A stretch of 64,000 bases of DNA from Octopus vulgaris (Eukaryota), in NCBI GenBank assembly GCA_951406725.2, contig OX597817.1, forward strand, positions 118,296,001-118,360,000, written 5' to 3'. Below, in pieces: positions 55,265 to 64,000 of the stretch; the first letter of the stretch is position 1, and every line of letters starts with the position of its first letter. Below the pieces are notes generated by a model. The model was not told the DNA's origin, ran no database searches, and worked only from the letters and a program-made list of their open reading frames with translations. The position numbers and the translations under genes are program-made.

Positions 55265-55291
55265 ATATATATTTATATATATATGTATATA

Positions 55292-55324
<33 letters not shown>

Positions 55325-58070
55325 GAGTATATGTGTGTGTGTCTGTGTGTGTATCTATATGTTTATGCATATATATATATATATATGCGTACATTCGCAT
55401 ATATATGTTTCTATGCATGCGTAAGATTGAATGTGATAAGATATTTTAAATAAATATGGACAACGTCCATTGTTTACTCTTCTGAAACCGTAGATGTAGG
55501 TCTGTGTGCATATATATTCATTTTTTATCTGCGAATTGATTGTGTTACTGTATTTTTGTCGTGCGTGTGTATAGTTCATAATCTTATATGCCAGTGTGCA
55601 TATTTTGATTCTCCTTATGCTTAGTTTTGTCAATATGTATATAAAATGATATTTGTATGAAGCACAAATACATATAATTTCCAAATAAATCATTATTTAT
55701 CTGCTTTTGTATCAATAATTTCTCCATTATTTTTTCCCAAGCTATTGATGAAATATCTTCCTCGTACACTGATTGATACAACTGCTAGCAATTCTAAGAT
55801 ATGTTTTATAATTGAAGCAAGCAAAGAAGGAATTGTGCTGAAAATAAATGTTTTCAGCTATGACGAAATAAATAGAAGTTATTACACATAAAACCAAATG
55901 CATTACATATACTATTTTGAAATAAATCGAGTTCGACTAACCGGAAATAAACATCAGCAAAGGCAGGTGTGCGTGTCTGTGTATGTGTACATGTCTTAAA
56001 TTCTATCTAATATCTAATAGTTACAGTGGATGGGAGAGCCTGTATAGCATACCTTGTATTTCCAAGCAATCTTTCAGACATAAAATACAACGTGGCTGCT
56101 CTTTCAATGGACGAGAAAAGAGTAAAATGAACATAACAGGACAAGAATGGACACAGGAAAAACGGAGACAGAAAAATTGAAAAGAAAAAAACTAGAATGA
56201 GAAAAAGAAATTATGGAGGCAAATTCAATTAATTTAGTTGTAACTAATTCACCGTTGAAAAACTTATAGTTTGTAAGACTATATTTAAACCGGACAGAGA
56301 GATGTTTTCTAGTTCCACAATCGAAACATCTCCCGATGCTTACATTTAAATTTCATTTCTAGAAGTTCAACAGGTCTGTCAACTGCTGTATCGAAAAATG
56401 ATATGACATCTTTCCACTAAGCAAAATCTGCGTCACTTTTATCGAACTCGTGAATAACAAGAATAGTATCAAATTAGCTAGCCATATCGAGAGCTGGGTA
56501 TTGCAATGAACACACACCATCAAGTGAAGCATCGAAGAATGATTCAAGCATAAACTAAGAATATAACGCGCATGCAAGCGCTCGTACACAACCACGCATG
56601 CTCAACGTGTTATTTCGTGTGTGTTCACATTTCAATGTTACCTTACTTTCAAAGCATTTCCCCATTATACTCCGGTTCGACTATTTATAAAGGTATACAA
56701 AAAAATGTGAATCTCGGTAACACGTGGTCCAATTTACGCTAAAATTGGTTTATTCCGTTTGTGTTCACACGATTCATGATACCGCCTACTTTAATATCTT
56801 TTTTTATCTGCTTCGCCAGACGCTCAGCTTTCTGAGTGTCGATTCCTGATCTCTCCAGCTTCTCTCTCTTTCCCTCTGTTCCACCAGACGCTCAGCCCTT
56901 GCTTTATAAATATCATCGATCCTTCTATTGGGTAAATATTTCGTAAGGACCCGCTCTACTCCGGTGTGAAATAAATGTTTCCACGTTTTTCCTGTACATT
57001 CAACGTATCTCACCTACGAATCCACCGCAAGCCACTTTCTCCTGGAAAAGAAAGGAGGTGGTTGTGAGTTCCTAAGAGTATCCCAGAAACGGAGTTTTGT
57101 TTCGTGTTTTGTTTTGTTTTCCTGGGTATTTCGCATGCTTTCAACGAATGTGACATCGAAATCACGCATAAACGGCACCTTTGCCCACAAAAGAGAGAAT
57201 TGGCTGCTATTTATTGAACGACCTGCTACCACTTAACAGCTATTTCGAATCCTTTATCGCAAATATATATCAATTGGTAGCAGGGCGTACTAGAATAGCA
57301 GCCAAATCTTTGGAGGTGAGATACGTTGAATGCACTCGAAGAGACTATGGAAAATGATTATTTCCTACCGAGGTTACGAACGGGCCTTTTACGATATATT
57401 CACCGTATTTTTAAGTCATTTTCACTTTAAAAGGTTTTTTAACATAAATGGCGGTGCCCCAGCATGACCACAACTCGTGAGCTGAAACTAGATAAAATAA
57501 AATGAAATAAAATTTAAATATGCCAAAATCAATTTTTGTGATGATATTCATATGAAAATAATTTTTTAAAAGATTAAAATATTCTCGGTTTAACCAAAGC
57601 TAAACTATAAACACTATACAAACAACTTATATTTTTGTAATCATATTCACTTAAAAATATTTCTAAATGATTAAAATATTGTGTTTGGCAAAGTGAAAAC
57701 AGAAGCATTTACTGTAAAAACAACTCGTATTTTTTGTTGGAAAGTTTAAGTCACTAAAACCTTTGCCCATCGTAATGTGTCTAACTGAAAGGTTAGAGAG
57801 TCTTCCCTTCCAGGGTTAAGTTATTTTCGGAGTATTTTCCCATTATGCAACATTTTCGGTATTAATACACCCAAAACCCCTCATATCTCAGAAACCAGTG
57901 GTCCGATTTACCCGAGACTTGTTTTGTTCCGTTTGTATTCACATTTCAGGGCACCTTAATTCATAGTATTTTTCCATTATACATCAGTTTAACTGTGTAA
58001 CATTCCAAGCAAGCAAGATTGGAGTACATTTAAACAGTATATAGATATATACACATACATATACGCATAC

Positions 58071-58153
<83 letters not shown>

Positions 58154-58249
58154 TGTATGTATGTATGTATGTATGTATGCAAGTATGTATGTATGTATGT
58201 ATGTATGTATGTATGTATGTATGTATGTATGTATGTATGAATGAATGAA

Positions 58250-59400
58250 TGCAATTTCACTAGCTTATGGGGCACTTGGCTTAACCATAAATCTATAACC
58301 AAAACTGTTGTCATGTTTCAACCAACACCAGGATTGCCAGACATAGAACCTGGTATCGTCGTGTATGGAAGAAAACTTGCAGTCGTTTCTAACTTTGTTT
58401 ACTTTGTGAGCACATTAAACACAAAAGTGAATCTTGATGATGAATTGTCACTACGCATTCAGAAAGTCAGTTTTGCTTTTGGCAAACTGGAAGACCGCCT
58501 GTGGTCTAGACATGATATTTCTACTGCGACAAATATTAAGGTATACAATACACATACAATAACCTCTTTATTGTATACTTGCGAAACCTGAACTGTGTAT
58601 CGTAATCACTTACAACTTATGGAACGTTTTCATCAGCAATGTCTCAGAACGATTTTGAGGATCAGCTGGAGAATGTTTGCAAGTGACGATGAAGTGCATG
58701 AAAGAGGAAAAGGCTTCTGTATTGAAGCTTTGCTATTCCAGTACAGATTGAGATGGAGTGGACACTTAGAATAATAGACAAAAGAATACCTAAATAACTC
58801 TTTTGGTGACAGGTAATCGTCCGTCCCACAAACCAAAGATGAAGTACAAAGATTGTCTGAAGTTGGAATTGAATAAGATGGATGTTGTAGTTGACAAGTG
58901 GGGCGATTTAGTGCATTGCCGAGAAAAATGGAAAAACGTTGTGCATGAAGGCAAAAATGAATTTGAAAGGAAGTGAATGGAGAATCCGGAGATCAAATGA
59001 AAGATGAGAAAAGTCACAGGAATGATGTTCTAACAAACATTAATGAACGTGATGATCTTACATGTGATGAGTGTAGAAAGATTTGTCTTAGTAAGGCTAG
59101 GCTAAAGAGTGATATGAAATCACAAATTGCACAACCGCACATTGATTATAGATGGACAGATAATTTCGAATGCACAATCTGTCATAAAGTATGCAGTTCA
59201 AAACGTGGTTTGAAAAGGCATAGTAAACTTCATGGAGCTGTAAACTATGCAATCAACAAATTTACTTCAACTGATCGTCAAAAAACATACAAGTCTTTGG
59301 CAGGCCTCAAACGTCTTATTCGTGCAGCTCATGGATGATAGTCTAGGGTATAAAGAAATTTGGCAATGGCTCTATTCGAAATTGAGTTGGCAACCATCAC
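58250..59400 (+). mobile_element. 5'-truncated RTE-clade LINE (RT end, thumb, C-terminal zinc fingers)
   Basis: KTVVMFQPTPG...VVSNFVYFVSTL...LDDELSLRIQKVSFAFGKLEDRLWSRHDIS...KVY....SLLYTCET*TVY...ERFHQQCLRTILRISW...RLRWSGHL, then CDECRKICLSKARLKSDM, CTICHKVCSSKRGLKRHSKLH and a decayed third finger. Stops and frameshifts present. Confidence 0.92.
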
Positions 59401-59982
59401 GAAAGAGACGAAAGCTAGAAGACACGAGAATGTTTATTGATCACTTAATTTGTTTGAATCATCAAGCATCGATACCGCACGAGTGGGATGATGAACAACT
59501 GGTTTAAGAGTATCTGATGGTGTTAAGGTGTCCCTTCGGGTAATTGAAAGGTGTATCTCGTTAAAATAACATCTGTTTCGAAAGCTTTCTGCTCGGTATG
59601 TGCATTCAAAAGCAGTAAATTAAGGCATACAGCTTCAATGATATAGATCAATATAGATATCAGGTGAAAAAGAAACAAATACATAATACAGCGAAAAACG
59701 TATTGAATATTTATGTCTATATGTGTAATAGATGATTTTACGTATTAACCTTTTCACTGTATATTAAGAAATATGTTTTTCAAGACTGGCATTGGCTTTT
59801 CTCTTGCTTTCCTTGATAATGCAAATCCCCTGATATTTGCAATGGAACATAAATCAAAAATGCATCAATGAGTATTAGAAGGAATAACGTATACTCTAAA
59901 GATTCAACGAGAATGGTGACAGATCATGTTGCTGTTTAAACAGAAGCAGCAATTGCTGTATATTGGAAAACTATAAGCGAGG

Positions 59983-60022
<40 letters not shown>

Positions 60023-60312
60023 ATGTGTGTGTGTGATTTATATATTGGGATCAAATTATTGAAGCGAGTTCTGTAAAAGCACTCAGTTATAATCCCTCTT
60101 CCGGCTTCTGGCTAATTGTACCGAGTTGTAAGGAACATCTAGATTTATTTAAAGTGAGCAGTCCCACCTTAATTTATCCGATGATAAAATCCTGGATTCT
60201 CTTCACTGGATTATAATTTTTTCACTGAGTGTATATGCAAGACAATTACAATGAATACGAAGATTGGAGAGTATTGTAATTCGCTTGAAGCATTGTTTAT
60301 TGTTTGTAAAGT

Positions 60313-60594
60313 ATAGAAAGTTTTGAATGGTATAACAATGCACTATAATCCAGACAATGAGCTATATACCTGTTGTAATTTAGTCATCCGTAGTCTGATA
60401 TGATATTTCGAAATAATATTGCTTCTTCAGATATTCATAGATTATAGATTATAGCCGCGACTCCATCTAAGAATATCTGAAGAAGGAAAATTATTCCGAA
60501 ATATCTTATCAGACTCTGGATGACTAAATTACAATAGGCATACTGCCTATTGTCTGTATTATAATGCATTGTTGTACCATTCAAAACTTTCTAT
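60313..60594 (+). mobile_element. Older fold-back element with a minimal hammerhead motif at the inner end of each arm
   Basis: Arms 60313-60442 and 60465-60594. atat-CTGAAGA-A-GGAA(aatta)TTCC-GAAA-TA-TC at 60473-60505. The mirror arm supplies atat after the ATC triplet, restoring stem I. Confidence 0.7.
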
Positions 60595-61039
60595 TCTTCA
60601 ATACAAAGATTAATACATCTGCATAACCTTTCTTTCTACAGTCAATTATACTGCATATTTTGGTTTAAATTTGTCTGATTTCCGATTCTACTGCATAGAA
60701 AACCAGCAAGATGCACCTACAACTAGCTAACATTCAAGTTCCATCCACAAATAGGTTTCAAATCGAACTAAGTATATGTGCGTCAGACAAATTTAAAGCA
60801 AAATATGATGTATAACTGACTGATTGATTGATTGATTCTAGTTTCAGCCCATGAGCCGTGGCCATGCTGGGGCACCGCCATTTGGTCTTGCTACATGGTT
60901 TTACTTCACGAATGCTTTTTAGCAACTGCCATTTGGTGCATGAGAGAGTTCGATGCAGCTGCCCTAATCTAACTGTAATTTTTTTTAAAAATCATATGCA
61001 GATGTTCTAATCACCGCGTTTATTGTAATTGTCTTGCGT

Positions 61040-61750
61040 GTTCGTGAATGTGTATGTATGTGTGTGGATACACACATTATGTTTGCATTTTGTTGAGATT
61101 CCACGGAGAAGTTTTACCAGCATTCTTTCATATTGTGGGATGGGGGGATCGTTGTCTGTACCATAATGTGTTTTTTTTTTCATTTTGGTTTCATTATTAT
61201 CCTTCTGAAGTATTTACACGCATATTGTCATGGTGACAACACCATATCTCATAGATAATGCGATGATATTTTCGAGCAACTGTCTATGACGTTACTGAAA
61301 TCTTCCATGTTAATACCAAAATGTCTGCATCGGTTATCACATTTTGGTGTTTTTTCTTGCTCCAAAAATTTGGTAACTATTTCCTGTTCCTAGATTGCAT
61401 GTGCATTTCCTTCAACGCGAGAGCTAGTTATCCGCCTTTCGGTTCACAATAGACTGTGTTAATCATCAGTGTTGTTCTTATCGTGGATCTTGCTTCTAAC
61501 CTAACCGTGCAATACCTACTATTTATATGCACTCCTCGCTTCATCTGATATGATGTAATAGAGATATGTAACATCTCCAGGTATGTGTTGCTGATCAAAC
61601 TGGGAATATTTCTCGAGTTGCTTTTTTCAAGTCTCATGATGTTATTTGTCTCTTCGACACTTGGTGGCTAAACTATGTTTCCGAAGGTATATGATGTGTC
61701 ATTCAAACGCTGTGTGAAGTAATGTTAAGCTTTTGTTTTCGTTTTAGATA
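61040..61750 (-). mobile_element. Second decayed R4/Dong-like LINE remnant
   Basis: Minus strand CRHFGINMEDFSNVIDSCSKISSHYL*..RYGVV and STKCKHN parallel the CCHC/RHD/pre-PD region at ~9370-9560. Confidence 0.5.
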
Positions 61751-62765
61751 TAGACGCTCTACGTCACCGTTGACGGGAACATTATTTGTGCTGGTCGTAT
61801 GCATAGAGACAGTTGCGTAGAAGCGGTATGCGTAGAGACTCTAGCGTATGGAGAGAGAAACAGACATCTCCACAAGAAATCTATCATTGAGCATGTCACG
61901 AGAAATGCAATCAAAAATGTTGAAATTCCAGCTGAGGCGTATACGTAACCGATCAATATTAAACTGAAAGGTTTTTAAAGTGATGCCTCTCAATGATATT
62001 TATGTGGATGTAATGTGGCACTGAAGCATTTTCTGACAGGATGTAAGTCATACTTTCAAGTGCTTAGTGTACTTATGCATTAAAAGGAAAATTCTGCAGT
62101 GACAAGGTAACAACATGCATATTACATCTGCTCTGTGTTGTTTTAAAAAGGATTATGAGAAAACAGCCTAGGAGTGTATCAAAGACATGTAAATACCCAG
62201 ATTTCTGCATGAGACTAGTGAATATGGAGTGGTCTAATATGCTGAAAAATTTCGACTGTCATGTTGATATTGACGAGGGAAGTTTAATGATACATACGTG
62301 CATGCAAAAGAAATAACATATAAAAAAACCCAGGTAATTGAGCTATGATATCCATCAAGGCAGAATGGTCCTAACAGCAGTCGCTCTGTGGCCAACATTC
62401 TGTGTTATCATACATGGCTGAAATAGATATAACAACAGAAAAACAGTCATTCTTGACATAAAAAGGGAAGCAGTAAATGTTTCCTGGCAGGTAATGTAGA
62501 TGCATGCAATAGAAACACGAATGCCGACAACAAAGAAAATGATGAACACAACTTCTTGCATTGATGATACGACCAATGCAAAGGAGACAACAATTAAGAT
62601 TCTCTTATAAATTACTTCATAGGATTTGTATATTTATCTCTCCCATATGTATCTATACATTGTGTAGCTTCGTGTACCTTCGCGTATTCACATTCAAGCT
62701 GGAGACGCTTTCAAAATCACCATATGACTGGCTTGATAATTACTAAGAGATTTTTTTCTCACTGT

Positions 62766-62847
<82 letters not shown>

Positions 62848-62860
62848 TATATGTATGTAT

Positions 62861-63019
62861 AGGCGCAGGCGTGGCTGTGTGGTAGGAAGTTTGCATACCA
62901 TCCACATTGTTCCGGGTTCAGTCCTACTGCATGGCACCACCGGCAAGTGTCTTCTACTATAATGACTTGTAAGTGGATTTGGCGGACGGAATCTGAAAGA
63001 AGCACGTCGTATATATATA

Positions 63020-63097
<78 letters not shown>

Positions 63098-63325
63098 TGT
63101 GTGTGTGTATGTGTGTGTGTGTCTGTATGTGTGTGTGTGTTTGTATGTTTGTGTGTCTGAGTTTGTTCCCCACCATAGCTTGACAACCGAGGTTGGTGCG
63201 TTTACTTAGAGTTTTGGCAAAAGAAACCGATAAAATATGTACTAGGATTAGAAAGAATAAATCCTGGGGTCGATATATTCTATTAAAGGCGATGATGCAG
63301 CATGGCCGCAGTCAAATGACTGAAG
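62861..63325 (+). mobile_element. SINE family A, full length
   Basis: aggcgcaggcgtggctgtgtggtagg...ttccgggttcagtcc...central (TA)n(TG)n...cctggggtcga...cagcatggccgcagtcaaatgactgaa. Confidence 0.9.
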
Positions 63326-64000
63326 CACACACACAAATAGTATTGCATGTATGTATCATGTACAATAAAATCTTACAGTTATAGTGGTAATTGGTGTCTT
63401 CTTATCTTTATATACACGTTGACTATATACTTTGTGTCTCAATAATAAATCTGTGCTGTCGCAAGAAGCATTAACAACTTAAATTAAGATAATTGGAAGA
63501 AGGAAATTACGATAAAAATTGAGCTACATTTAAATATCTTACAAAGTGCAAATGACACATAGAGAGAGTAGAAAAGGCAGGAAAAAATTCCTTTTATGAA
63601 ATTATTACAGTATCTTTCCTACCGATAAATAATTTCCATATACTTTATATGGATTTACTTTGTAATTTAATTATCCAATTATATGTAAGCAAGAATACCG
63701 ATTTAGATTATTGCGTGGTTCTTATTAAAATACTTAAAAGTTTCAATTAATATTGTCTCATTTTAAATGAACTAGTAATTAGAATTTAGGATACTTAAGC
63801 ACATTTTCATAGCGTCTTCATTCTACACAAACATACACACACATACACACACATACACACAGATACTGACACGTTCGGAATTAGACAGCTATAAGATAAC
63901 CCAAAGATAACATACATAATATTTCTGTATGTTTCTTCGAGCATATGTGCAGTGCGCTTGTCTGTATGTGTGTTACATATGCGTGACTGTCTAGGCGGGC

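Overview
AT-rich, microsatellite-dense eukaryotic DNA that is almost entirely non-coding and repeat-derived. The SINE families and the (TA)n/(CA)n/(TATG)n load suggest a cephalopod (Octopus-like) genome; this is an inference from recognition, not a search. No conserved host protein gene is recognisable, and most ORFs in the track are microsatellite read-throughs. Supported content: three tRNA-derived SINE families, decayed LINEs (two RTE 3' ends encoding three C2H2 fingers, two R4/Dong-like remnants), Penelope-like element (PLE) RT fragments, a maT-type Tc1/mariner remnant, two mariner derivatives, and a TIR MITE with internal CCCTAA repeats. The most striking pattern is six short fold-back (inverted-repeat) elements with no obvious mutual similarity, mostly abutting (TA)n. 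Several carry minimal type I hammerhead ribozyme (HHR) motifs whose stem III is a palindrome that differs between motifs, and one also has a tRNA-like Pol III head. A further cluster of HHR motifs lies at 43.4-44.7 kb. A possible small multi-exon orphan gene at 5.1-7.1 kb keeps one reading frame across four GT-AG introns. All structures were read by eye, and boundaries of old repeats are approximate.
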